IMG/VR virus record: IMGVR_UViG_3300033489_000009
Span: 769-64,768 of that record
Length of the DNA: 64,000 nucleotides
Reading direction: 5' to 3' (one strand)
Source: a virus
This document shows, piece by piece, positions 36,471 to 44,983 of the stretch. The position numbers were made by a program, and so were the translations under genes. The notes beneath the pieces were generated by a model. The model made no database searches. It was given only the letters and a program-made list of their open reading frames with translations, and was not told the DNA's origin. Each line of letters opens with the position of its first letter. Positions within the stretch are counted from its first letter, which is position 1.

Positions 36471-36766
36471 CCCAGCACACGCCGCTGCCAGGACCGATCG
36501 CCGTAGACCCGTACAGCGAGCTCCTTGACCTAGCGAACGCCCAATCCCCGGGCGGTGACATCACCCCGGCCGGGGAAGTGGCCCGGGCCATGCTCGGCGC
36601 AGCCCTGGACGGGATCCAGGTCGGCTCCTACGACGAGCAGGTCATCGCGTGGCTGCAGGGGCGGGATGCGTCGACGATTGCGGTGGTGGCGTCGTTGTTG
36701 CGGCGGGCGTGGACGGCGGGTCTGGCGGCTGGGCGGATGGAGATCCGGGAAGAGCGGACCCGCTGA
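36467..36766 (+). CDS. Hypothetical protein typical of actinomycete plasmids
   Basis: GSYDEQVIAWL...DASTIAVVASLLRRA motif; AGGAAGGA RBS. Confidence 0.6.
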   Translation: MTQHTPLPGPIAVDPYSELLDLANAQSPGGDITPAGEVARAMLGAALDGIQVGSYDEQVIAWLQGRDASTIAVVASLLRRAWTAGLAAGRMEIREERTR

Positions 36767-36773
36767 AGGCTAG

Positions 36774-36826
36774 TTGACGCCATCGTTTATTACCGCTAGA
36801 GTTGAGTTAACGACATCGGATAACTC
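36774..36826 (+). promoter_or_regulatory. Principal-sigma promoter with downstream inverted repeat
   Basis: TTGACG (36774-79), N17, TAGAGT (36797-802); GAGTTA-N11-TAACTC at 36804-26. Confidence 0.8.
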
Positions 36827-36842
36827 GACACCGGAGGACACC

Positions 36843-37196
36843 GTGACCGACTACTTCGCAGCCAAGGCCCGCAGCGTCTTCACCGCAGCCTCCGGCGACC
36901 CGGACCTCAGCGGCCCGCTCGCCGCCTGGGCACGATACGCGCACGGTGTCGGCGACTCCCGCCGCGGAGTCATCGTCAGCGAGACCGGCGAGATCCTGGC
37001 CGAGACGCGCCACACCCCCGCCACGATCAGCACCCCCGGCGCCACCTACGCCACGTCGGGCGGCGAGCGCGTGCAGGACCGCGAGCTGGGCCTGGCCATG
37101 GCCGCGTTGGAGAGCCGCACGGGCCGCCACTGCATCCACGTCAAGTACTGGCAGGTCTGCACCGGGGCGAGCCGCTTCACGCCGGCCTCCCGGTGA
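36843..37196 (+). CDS. Hypothetical protein
   Basis: GGAGG RBS and GTG start, first gene after the promoter. Confidence 0.7.
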   Translation: MTDYFAAKARSVFTAASGDPDLSGPLAAWARYAHGVGDSRRGVIVSETGEILAETRHTPATISTPGATYATSGGERVQDRELGLAMAALESRTGRHCIHVKYWQVCTGASRFTPASR

Positions 37197-37399
37197 CCAC
37201 CGAGACCAAGCGTCGTCCCGGCCGCCCCACCGTGGGCGGCCGGGTCACGGTCTCCCTGGGCTCCGAACGGGTGGCCAGGCTGAAGGCTGCCGCCGACCTC
37301 GCTGGGGTCAGTTTCCCGGTGATGCTCCGCAGGTGCATCGACACGGCACTGGCAGGGCGGGATGGCCACGAGCAGGAGAACCCAGGGGGGCGGTTGTGA
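37193..37399 (+). CDS. Ribbon-helix-helix-like DNA-binding protein
   Basis: PGRPTVGGRVTVSLG..RVARLKAAADLAGVSFPVMLRRCIDTAL. Confidence 0.65.
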   Translation: MTTETKRRPGRPTVGGRVTVSLGSERVARLKAAADLAGVSFPVMLRRCIDTALAGRDGHEQENPGGRL

Positions 37400-38034
37400 C
37401 GGTGAGGGCCGGGATCGGTGCGGTGGTGGCGGGCTGTGTCCTGCTGGCCGCCTGCGGCAGCGGTAGTACCGAGCACGGTGACAGCTCCGGTCCGACGGTG
37501 CCCGCGACGGGTGCGCTGGCCGGGCTCACGGTCGCTGCCGAAGCGCACGCCGACACCTACCAGCGGGACGCGTTCGGGCAACGGTGGAAGGACGTCGACG
37601 GGAATGGGTGCGGGCAGCGGGACGACGTCCTGACCCGGGACCTGACCGGGATCACCCGCCGGGGCCGGTGCGTCGTGGTCGCAGGCGCACTGGTCGACCC
37701 GTACACCGGCCAGCAGGTGGCGTTCGCCAAGGCCCGCGCGAGTGAGGTGCAGATCGACCACATCGTCGCTCTGGCTGAGGCGTGGCGGTCCGGGGCCTGG
37801 TCCTGGACCCCGGACCGGCGGGAGGCCTACGCCAACGACCTGACCGTCCTGCAGGCCACAGCGGGCCGGGTGAACCAGGTGAAGGGCGATGAGGATGCGG
37901 CGGGCTGGTCACCGGCCGGCGGCGCGCGGCGGTGCCGGTACGCCGGCATGGTTGTGCAGGTCAAGGCCCGTTGGGGCCTGACCGCTGACCCGGCTGAGGT
38001 CGAGGCGCTGGCCGCGATGTTGGGGGACTGCTGA
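37396..38034 (+). CDS. Lipoprotein HNH nuclease (DUF1524 family)
   Basis: Signal peptide with lipobox LLAAC; YQRDAFG..W.D.D.NGC..R..VL.RD, QIDHIVALAEAW.SGA, ND...L.A....N..KGD. Confidence 0.88.
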   Translation: MTVRAGIGAVVAGCVLLAACGSGSTEHGDSSGPTVPATGALAGLTVAAEAHADTYQRDAFGQRWKDVDGNGCGQRDDVLTRDLTGITRRGRCVVVAGALVDPYTGQQVAFAKARASEVQIDHIVALAEAWRSGAWSWTPDRREAYANDLTVLQATAGRVNQVKGDEDAAGWSPAGGARRCRYAGMVVQVKARWGLTADPAEVEALAAMLGDC

Positions 38035-39546
38035 TGGTCGCTCGGCCGCCAGTGATGGAGGACATTCCGTCGCCCGTCCCCAACAGGTGGCGGATCCTCG
38101 CCTACGGCGCTGGCACCGACCCGCCATACACGGTCGCGAACCATGTGGGCGCATCCTCCACGTGGCCAGGAGCCGTCAACCACGTGCTCCCCGCCGAAGC
38201 GTGGCTGGACGAGATCGTCGTGACTGGCCTGCTCCATCTGGAGGACATGGGCGGCCACTGGTACCTCGGTATCGGGGACTGCAAGTTCTCCCTGACCGTA
38301 GACGGCGATCGGGTCCGGGTCCTCCTTTACGAGGGTGAGGTCGAGTCGTGACCGCGAGGCGTCCGTTGCGGCTGGTCGGTCCCGTCGGGCCCGCCCCGCA
38401 GGCAGGGCCTTGGACCCGGCCGGTGACGGTCCAGCTCCAGGCCGGTGCGTGGACGGCGCTCGGGTTCGCCGCGCTGATCGACGGGAAGCGGCCCGGCGAG
38501 TGGCTGTCGGAGCGGGTTGAGCAGCTGCTCGCAGACGCTGTCACCGCGGATCCCGAGCTGGCGGGGATGGTCGCCAGCGCACTGACCTACCAGCAGGGGA
38601 GGACGGTCGGGGATGAGAAGCCTGATCAGGTTCATGCTTCGGCGGGCACGGCGGAGGGGTGATCCGATTCCGGCGGGGACCGTCTGCGATCTCGGCCCGT
38701 TCGAGCCGGTCGCTGACCCGAATGTCGTGCTCTTCGACCACCTGTGCGAGGTGCTGGATCCGGCCCGGCGTGAGGCGTTCCTCGCGCTCCGTCCAGTGCC
38801 CGTGGATCCGCCCATCACGGTCGCGGCGGGTCGGCTCCGGTCGGGAGTGCGAGATCCTCAGGTCACCTGCATGATCCGCTTCGGTCGGGGCGTGACGCTG
38901 GTCGCGCTGAGCACCGGGGACGTCCATCTCGTCAATGACCGGGTATCCGGTGCGCTGGCCAGCCAGCAGGGGAGGACCACTGACCATGGCTGATGAGCAG
39001 GGTGGTGTCTGGATCCGGACGGTACCCGACATGGAAGGCATCTACCGTCCGGTCGTCGAGCTCGACGACGACACTTCACACCCGATCGACGACGTTACTG
39101 CGGTCGCCTACGCCCGGGCGATCCTCGTAGCGGTCGCCTACGCCGAGTACGACGCTGCGGTGATCCGGCAGATGACGACGGTCTGCAACCAGGAGGCGGC
39201 GGTTGATCTGGTCCGTCGGATGCGCGGCGACCGGCCGCTACTGGTCTGGCCGGCCCCGCTGGAGCTCGAGCCGGGCGTCTCCGCCCGGACGGGGGAGGCG
39301 TTCCTGGCTGTGAGCCTGCACGGCCTGCGCGTCGGCCAATGGGACATGGCGCAGGCCCGCGAGCACGCCTTGGGTGTCCTGGAGGCCGTCGAGGTTGCGC
39401 CGTTGGATTCGGCGTACCTGCGGGCACTGCGGGCAATCGATGTCGAGGAGGGGCGGGCCAGGGTGGTTGTGGACGATCTGGCCCGGTACCGGATGCTGGA
39501 GCAGGAGGGGGGAGTCGAATCGTGGCTGACCTGGTCGAGTTCCTGA
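38034..39546 (+). CDS. Four hypothetical ORFs (38034-38351, 38348-38662, ~38613-38993, 38986-39546)
   Basis: Consecutive overlapping plus-strand ORFs with globular composition. Confidence 0.55.
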
Positions 39547-39947
39547 CCGCCCGCCTCGACGAGGACGAAGCGGTTGCGCGGGTGGCTTCACGGACGGTGT
39601 CCGGCTCCTGGCACCTTGAGCGGAGCTCCGTGCTGTGGTGGCCGACGACAGACGACGACTTGGACGAGGACGATGGTGCTGGTGGAGCCTGGCCGATCGA
39701 TCCGGGGACTGCGATCGCTCCGCACATTGCCCGCTGGGATCCGGCTCGGGTCCTCGCCGAGGTGGCAGTCAAGCGGCAGTTTGTCCGCCTGTTCTCAGAT
39801 CGGCCGACCGCGCCCCCGGCCGGTGATGTCTTCCAGTCGGCGATCGCCAGCATCGTGACCAGTACGAATGACTGGGTGCTGCGGCAGTTGGTCCAGCCGT
39901 ATGCGGATCATCCGGACTTCGACCCGACCTGGAGGGACGCGACGTGA
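39522..39947 (+). CDS. DUF6221 family protein
   Basis: DLVEFLTARLDEDE...HIARWDPARVLAEV..KR...LRQLVQPYADHPDFDPTW. Confidence 0.85.
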   Translation: MADLVEFLTARLDEDEAVARVASRTVSGSWHLERSSVLWWPTTDDDLDEDDGAGGAWPIDPGTAIAPHIARWDPARVLAEVAVKRQFVRLFSDRPTAPPAGDVFQSAIASIVTSTNDWVLRQLVQPYADHPDFDPTWRDAT

Positions 39948-40680
39948 GCCGGCGGCGTCGCCCGGGTGGCCGTGACCCCAGGCTGGCCGGGGTCGACCCG
40001 GAGACGGCGGCAGTCCGGCGCTGGCTCACCGACTGCCTCCGCGCTGTGGCCAGCCGCCGGGTGACCCCGCCCGGGCACGCCTACGGGTCGCCGCAGGAGT
40101 TCGTGCTCAAGCACGGCACCTGGCACATCTCTAGCCGGGTCGCAGTGATGGTCGAGTCGCATTGCTTCGCGAACGCCCTGAACTGCGCGCTGGTGTACCC
40201 GGGCTGGTCGTACGTGGAGGGGTACGCCATGGGGCCGCTCACTCAGGTGCCGATCCACCACGGGTGGGGGCCCTGGACGAGCAGGGGCGGGCGATCGAGT
40301 TGACGTGGCGGGCACCGGGCCTGGCGTACCTGGGTGTGCCGTTCGCGGTGGAGCGGGCGGACGACTGCTCGTGGGTGGGTGACGCGACGGTGCTGGACGA
40401 CTGGCGGCGCGGTTGGCCGCTGCTGCGCGACCGGTGGCGGGGTGAGCCGGGGGATGTGCCCCGCTCGGACCGGCTGCGGGCGCTGGCTGTCACGTTGCCG
40501 TTCTCCGACTTGTTCGTGGCGGCTGGGTTGCCGGCGCCGCCGCGGCCGACGCTGGCTGGGAGCGCTCTGGGGGCGTTCCGGGCGGCTCAGGCCCGGTTCG
40601 AGACGGAGCCCGGGCTGGGCCCGGATGAGGCGATGGCCCTGCTCGTGGAGGCGGTGGAGGGCGCGCTGCAACGCCCCTGA
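39944..40680 (+). pseudogene. Gene split by a frameshift at a G5 run (CFANA...YVEGYA...HHGW / LDEQG..IE.TW...AYLGVPF family)
   Basis: ORF 39944-40303 and the frame of ORF 40162-40680 join into one continuous motif series if the G run at 40266-70 gains one G or loses two. Confidence 0.65.
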
Positions 40681-40762
40681 CCTGCATGTCCGCCACTTCG
40701 GAGCCCGATCCAACCCGGAGGCCATCACAATCGCACTGACAACCGAGAGGGAGGCCCGCAAG

Positions 40763-41086
40763 ATGATCCACGAGATCCACAACACCGACGAGAACGGCAA
40801 CCCGGCTGGCGGGAAGACCGTGTCAACCGGGCCGAGTACCGGGCTGAGCATCGAATGGCAGAACGGGCCACTCGCTGTGGACGGGGTGCGCAAGGACCCG
40901 AACGGCGCATTCGTAGAAGACGTGATCGCCGCCGCCATCGGGCGGATCGGGTTCTACCAGGCCGGCAAATTCCATTGCCTTGAGAACGCAGCCGCTCTGG
41001 GACACCTGCTGGCCGCTGCGGAGATCCTGGCCGAGCGGACCCGAGACCGGGATCGGCGCCAGGTCGAGGGAACTCATCAGAGGTGA
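40763..41086 (+). CDS. tad1: Tad1-like anti-defence nucleotide sponge (107 aa)
   Basis: WQNGP...NGAFVEDVI...RIGFYQ..KFHCLENAAAL..L..A...L.ERT.DR.RR.VEGTH parallels the Tad1 pattern FQ.GP...NG...EDL...RL..FQ...F.C.EN..A...L..A..WL..RT..R..R.VEGT; strong GAGAGGGAGG RBS. Confidence 0.8.
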   Translation: MIHEIHNTDENGNPAGGKTVSTGPSTGLSIEWQNGPLAVDGVRKDPNGAFVEDVIAAAIGRIGFYQAGKFHCLENAAALGHLLAAAEILAERTRDRDRRQVEGTHQR

Positions 41087-41640
41087 TCGGTGCGGTCCTA
41101 CTGCGGCCACTCCCCCCCGGCCGCGGAACCCGGCATTCCAGCTACGGGACGGTACGGGTCCTGGCCGTGCTCGGCCGGCAGCCCGGCTGGGTGCACGTCA
41201 CGCTGCCGACCCGCCCCAACGGCAGCAGCGGCTGGGTCAAGGCAGGTGACGTGAAGGTCGAGCAGGTCACCACGTCGATCGCCGTGGACCTATCGGCCCG
41301 GACCATCACCGTCCGGGTCGGCGGCGGGAAGGCCACCACCGGCAAGGCCGCGGTCGGCTCCACCCGGAACCCGACCCCGACCGGAAGTTTCTTCGTCACC
41401 GACCGGGTACGTCCCGCCGACCCGGGCGGCGCCTACGGCTCGTTCGCGCTCGGGTTGTCCGCCCACTCCGACACCCTGTCCGAGTTCGGTGGCAGCGACG
41501 GGCAGGTCGGGATCCACGGCACGAACGATCCGGCCAGCCTGGGCAGGGCCGTCTCCCATGGGTGTGTCCGCGTCCCGGATGGTGTTGTCGCCCTGCTGCG
41601 GCAGGTGCCTCTGGGGACCCCGGTCGTCGTCACCGCCTGA
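41083..41640 (+). CDS. L,D-transpeptidase (YkuD family), no signal peptide evident
   Basis: LPTRPNGSSGWV, AVG...PTPTGSFFV, GIHGT...GRAVSHGCVRV catalytic His/Cys motif. Confidence 0.92.
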   Translation: MIGAVLLRPLPPGRGTRHSSYGTVRVLAVLGRQPGWVHVTLPTRPNGSSGWVKAGDVKVEQVTTSIAVDLSARTITVRVGGGKATTGKAAVGSTRNPTPTGSFFVTDRVRPADPGGAYGSFALGLSAHSDTLSEFGGSDGQVGIHGTNDPASLGRAVSHGCVRVPDGVVALLRQVPLGTPVVVTA

Positions 41641-41658
41641 CCAGCCTGGACGTAGGAC

Positions 41659-41691
41659 GCGGCCCCAACCTCGCAATGAGGTTGGGGCCGC
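41659..41691. terminator. Perfect 14-bp hairpin between convergent transcription units
   Basis: GCGGCCCCAACCTC-GCAAT-GAGGTTGGGGCCGC. Confidence 0.85.
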
Positions 41692-41778
41692 TGCCGGTCC
41701 ACGGCGACCCAATACCGCGTGCCGGCGTCTCCTCCGGGCCAGCCCGGTGGGGCTGGGGTGCTGCACCGGTCACGGTAG

Positions 41779-42009
41779 CTACAGGCCCCGCGCCGTCCAA
41801 CCGGCGACCCACATGGACCCCGCCAGCACGGCCGCGAGGACGGTGACGGGGAGGACCGACCAGGGGCCGGTGGACGCCCACCATGCCAGGACCAGTCCCC
41901 CGGCGGTGACTGCTGCGGTGTACCCGGTGCGGGTGGCCAGTGCGCGCCGGATCCGTTGGGCCGTCTGGGGCTTGGGTGCGGGGTGGCGGACCTGACCGGC
42001 GGCGGGCAT
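41779..42009 (-). CDS. Small two-TM membrane protein
   Basis: 76 aa ORF with two hydrophobic helices. Confidence 0.5.
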   Translation of the reverse strand: MPAAGQVRHPAPKPQTAQRIRRALATRTGYTAAVTAGGLVLAWWASTGPWSVLPVTVLAAVLAGSMWVAGWTARGL

Positions 42010-42120
42010 GGGGGCGTCACGACCTAGGGCTGGGCTGGCGTACGGGGGTGGGGTGGAGCTCCAGGGTATGCGGGTGCAGGGAAGACGCTCGGTCAGCTTC
42101 CCGCCGTTATGGGCGGTGGG

Positions 42121-43734
42121 TCAGCGGATTCCGAGTTGCGCCAGTAGGAGACGTCCCGCTGCGGTCCCGATCGCGTTGTGTCCTGCCTGCGATGGGTGGA
42201 CCCCATCAGTGGAAACGTAGAGGTCAGAGTTGCCCGCGCCCGTCGTGGCACCAACGCGGCCGGTTCCGGACCAGAGCGCGGGCCCGACCGTCGCGATGGT
42301 CACGGGGGTAGCGGGGACTGCGGTTGTCAGGGCCGGGACGGTGATTGTGTAGGGGCCGGTCCCGGACCGGCTCGTGATGACCCGGCGGTCGATGTTGTTG
42401 ATCGACACCGTGGATCCGGCGGGGATTGGGGCCGCCAATCCCGCGATGGTCGTTGCCCCGGCCGATGCCCCGGAGGAGGTTGTGGTCGAGACGGCGGCGT
42501 GCCCGAGCGGCATCTCCAGCAGGTCGACGAACAGGCATCCAGCGGCCAGCGCCGCGGCCCTGACGGCATCCCGGAGGGGGATAATCCAGACGGGCCAGGA
42601 CTCGGGCCCGTTGTGGTACCAGGTCCCGTTGACGATTTGCAGCGCGTTGGGGAGTGCCGCGGTGACGGCCGCGAAGCACGCGGAAGCTTCGGCGCCGACA
42701 GCGGCCGCGGTCCACGCGGGGTTGGTGACCGGGCTGTCGTTGATCCCGCCGGACCAGACCACAACCTCCGGCGCGTAGGCGATGACGTCGGCGGCCAGCC
42801 GATCCCGGTATTTCACGTATGACCCGGGGTTCAGGTATCCGGTCCCGCCGATCGGGGAGGCAACGACCTCATCCCAGCCGAGGGCATGACCGAATGCCCG
42901 CACCAGGCAGTCGGCGCCCGTGTTCGGGCTACCGGTCCCCTCGGCGAAGGAGTCACCGACGAAGATCGTCCTCGGCCCGCGTAGCGGCGCCGACCAGACG
43001 GAGTCCGTGGCTGCGGTGACGATGCCGCCGAACGGGACGTTGTACAGCTCTAGGTCGATCCGCCGGGGGCGCTTATCGGCCAGCGTGACCAGCGTGTATC
43101 CGTCAGTCCCGTCGTTGACCAGAGAAACAGCCGTCTCCGACACGAGCTGGTCATCGACCCAGACCCGGTACTTGCCGTTGGCATTCCGTGCGCGGACCTC
43201 GAAGGCGATCCCGTCGAGCATGAAGGAGACCTTGAGCGGCGACACGAGAGCCGCAGACGGGCTCAGCGCGTTCGCCGAGACCATTGTCGGTCGAGTGCCC
43301 GTGGTGCCGAACTGGGCGACGCCGTACCCGCTGTAGGCGTATGTCCCGTCGACAGTCCCAGCACCGGCTGTGGCGTCTGCGGACGGCCACAGCTTGGCCA
43401 GCGTCTGCGTGCTCGTGGCGGAGATCGTCGCTGCGGCGGCGACCGGCACCAATGAGTGCTGGCTCAGCGCCCGGAACTTCGACGCCTTCCGCACATACGT
43501 GCCCGAGTCGGTTGCCGCCTGGACGGCGATCGCGGCGTCTCTAGCTACCGCCTCCGCAGCGACAGACGATGCGACCGCCGTGGCAGTCCCGACCTCCAGT
43601 GCGGCCACGGCGGTGCTGGCAGCGATCACCGCTGGCCGGGACGCCTCAGGGATGTCCGCCAGCTCGAAGAGGTGACCCTCCCCGTAGGAGATGGTCCCGG
43701 TCCGGACCGGGTGGATCGTGATCCGCTGTCCCAT
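42121..43734 (-). CDS. SGNH/GDSL hydrolase with N-terminal beta domain (possible virion-associated esterase)
   Basis: Blocks I (GDSFAEG), II (GGTGY), III (GGIND) and V (DGVHPS). Confidence 0.88.
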   Translation of the reverse strand: MGQRITIHPVRTGTISYGEGHLFELADIPEASRPAVIAASTAVAALEVGTATAVASSVAAEAVARDAAIAVQAATDSGTYVRKASKFRALSQHSLVPVAAAATISATSTQTLAKLWPSADATAGAGTVDGTYAYSGYGVAQFGTTGTRPTMVSANALSPSAALVSPLKVSFMLDGIAFEVRARNANGKYRVWVDDQLVSETAVSLVNDGTDGYTLVTLADKRPRRIDLELYNVPFGGIVTAATDSVWSAPLRGPRTIFVGDSFAEGTGSPNTGADCLVRAFGHALGWDEVVASPIGGTGYLNPGSYVKYRDRLAADVIAYAPEVVVWSGGINDSPVTNPAWTAAAVGAEASACFAAVTAALPNALQIVNGTWYHNGPESWPVWIIPLRDAVRAAALAAGCLFVDLLEMPLGHAAVSTTTSSGASAGATTIAGLAAPIPAGSTVSINNIDRRVITSRSGTGPYTITVPALTTAVPATPVTIATVGPALWSGTGRVGATTGAGNSDLYVSTDGVHPSQAGHNAIGTAAGRLLLAQLGIR

Positions 43735-43752
43735 CGGACTAGCCTCTCTCTT

Positions 43753-44205
43753 TCAGGTGGCGAGGGTGACACCGGCGCGACCCGCCAGGGCCGGGACGGT
43801 CGGCGACAGGTATGAGGTGACCACCGCAGTACCAGCGGCGGCGGTAGCAGCGACCAGGACGGCCAGCCAGTCCACGGCGAGCATCCCCGCGAACTCGGTC
43901 GGCAGGAACCCCAGCACGACCCCAGCGAACGCCGGCAACGCTCTCGACCATAGGACGGGTGCCACTCCCCCGCCGGTAACGGGCGGCACATCCCGCAGAG
44001 CGTTGAGCAGGCCCTTGATGGTGGTGAACGTCAGGACACCGCCCATCGTGACCGCTGTGGCGCGGAGGTCGACGTGCCCGGCCGCGAGCGTGACCGCGGC
44101 CAGGACCGGTGCGCCAGCTTGCAGGCCCTGGCGGATTAGCCGGTCGGCGAGGTCACGCCACCACGGCCACGACACGACCGGACGGCTGGTGCTGGGCTGG
44201 GACAT
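43753..44205 (-). CDS. Holin (putative, four TM)
   Basis: WWRDLADRLIR...; multiple hydrophobic helices; in the lysis cassette. Confidence 0.7.
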   Translation of the reverse strand: MSQPSTSRPVVSWPWWRDLADRLIRQGLQAGAPVLAAVTLAAGHVDLRATAVTMGGVLTFTTIKGLLNALRDVPPVTGGGVAPVLWSRALPAFAGVVLGFLPTEFAGMLAVDWLAVLVAATAAAGTAVVTSYLSPTVPALAGRAGVTLAT

Positions 44206-44223
44206 CAGGTGCTCCTTGTTCTC

Positions 44224-44553
44224 TCAGTCCTTCGATGGATCGGCGGGATCGAGACTCGGATCGTTCGGGACCCCGATACCGGCCGCCCGCAGTGTCTCGG
44301 TCAGTGTGGCGATGTACTGCCGCATCTCTGTGCGCTGGGAATTGACGATGGTGTGAACCTCATTCAGCCGGCCCTGCACAACCTCGGTCGAGCGCCTAGC
44401 AGCCTCGATGACTGTTTCGCGTTCGGCCTTATCCTCAGCGCGTTCCCGCCGCCGCGCCCGGTTGGTCAGCCAGGCCAGGAGCAGCGGGGTGATGGTGGAC
44501 GCCGACAACCCGAGGATCAGGGTGACGACGATCGCCACAGCGCCCGATGTCAC
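44224..44553 (-). CDS. Single-TM coiled-coil lysis-cassette protein
   Basis: N-terminal TM then ...EVHTIVNSQRT, resembling DUF2746-type proteins. Confidence 0.65.
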   Translation of the reverse strand: MTSGAVAIVVTLILGLSASTITPLLLAWLTNRARRRERAEDKAERETVIEAARRSTEVVQGRLNEVHTIVNSQRTEMRQYIATLTETLRAAGIGVPNDPSLDPADPSKD

Positions 44554-44930
44554 CGCTTGGCCTCTTCGTGCGGGCCGGTGGGGTCGAGGTGCGCGTCGAG
44601 CCGGGCGATCGTGTGGTCCAGGCGGGCCACGGTCCGCCCGGAAATCGCCGCCTGCTCGATCTGACGTTGCTCGATCCGGGCCGATGCCCTCGCCTGCTCG
44701 GCCATCTGATCCAAGAGCGTCCGCAGGTCCCCACTGGTCCGGGCGGCGAAACCGTTGTTGATGGGCCTGGTCGACGCGGCAGCCTCCGTCGCCGCGTCGG
44801 CGGCGACCCGGGCGACACGCACGGCGGTGGCATCCCGTCGCGTCGTCCGCCTGTCTCGGCGGGCGATCTCGATCGCGAGCCCTCCAGGGCCGACGATCGA
44901 CAGGATGATGGGTACCAGGTCTGATATCAC
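44550..44930 (-). CDS. Single-TM coiled-coil lysis-cassette protein
   Basis: GAGGA RBS and GTG start; TM then ...TRPINNGF...RLDAHL. Confidence 0.65.
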   Translation of the reverse strand: MISDLVPIILSIVGPGGLAIEIARRDRRTTRRDATAVRVARVAADAATEAAASTRPINNGFAARTSGDLRTLLDQMAEQARASARIEQRQIEQAAISGRTVARLDHTIARLDAHLDPTGPHEEAKR

Positions 44931-44983
44931 GATGTCCTCGGCAGGGGTTGGTGGGCCCCCCGGCCCGGCTGGCGGCAGCGGTG

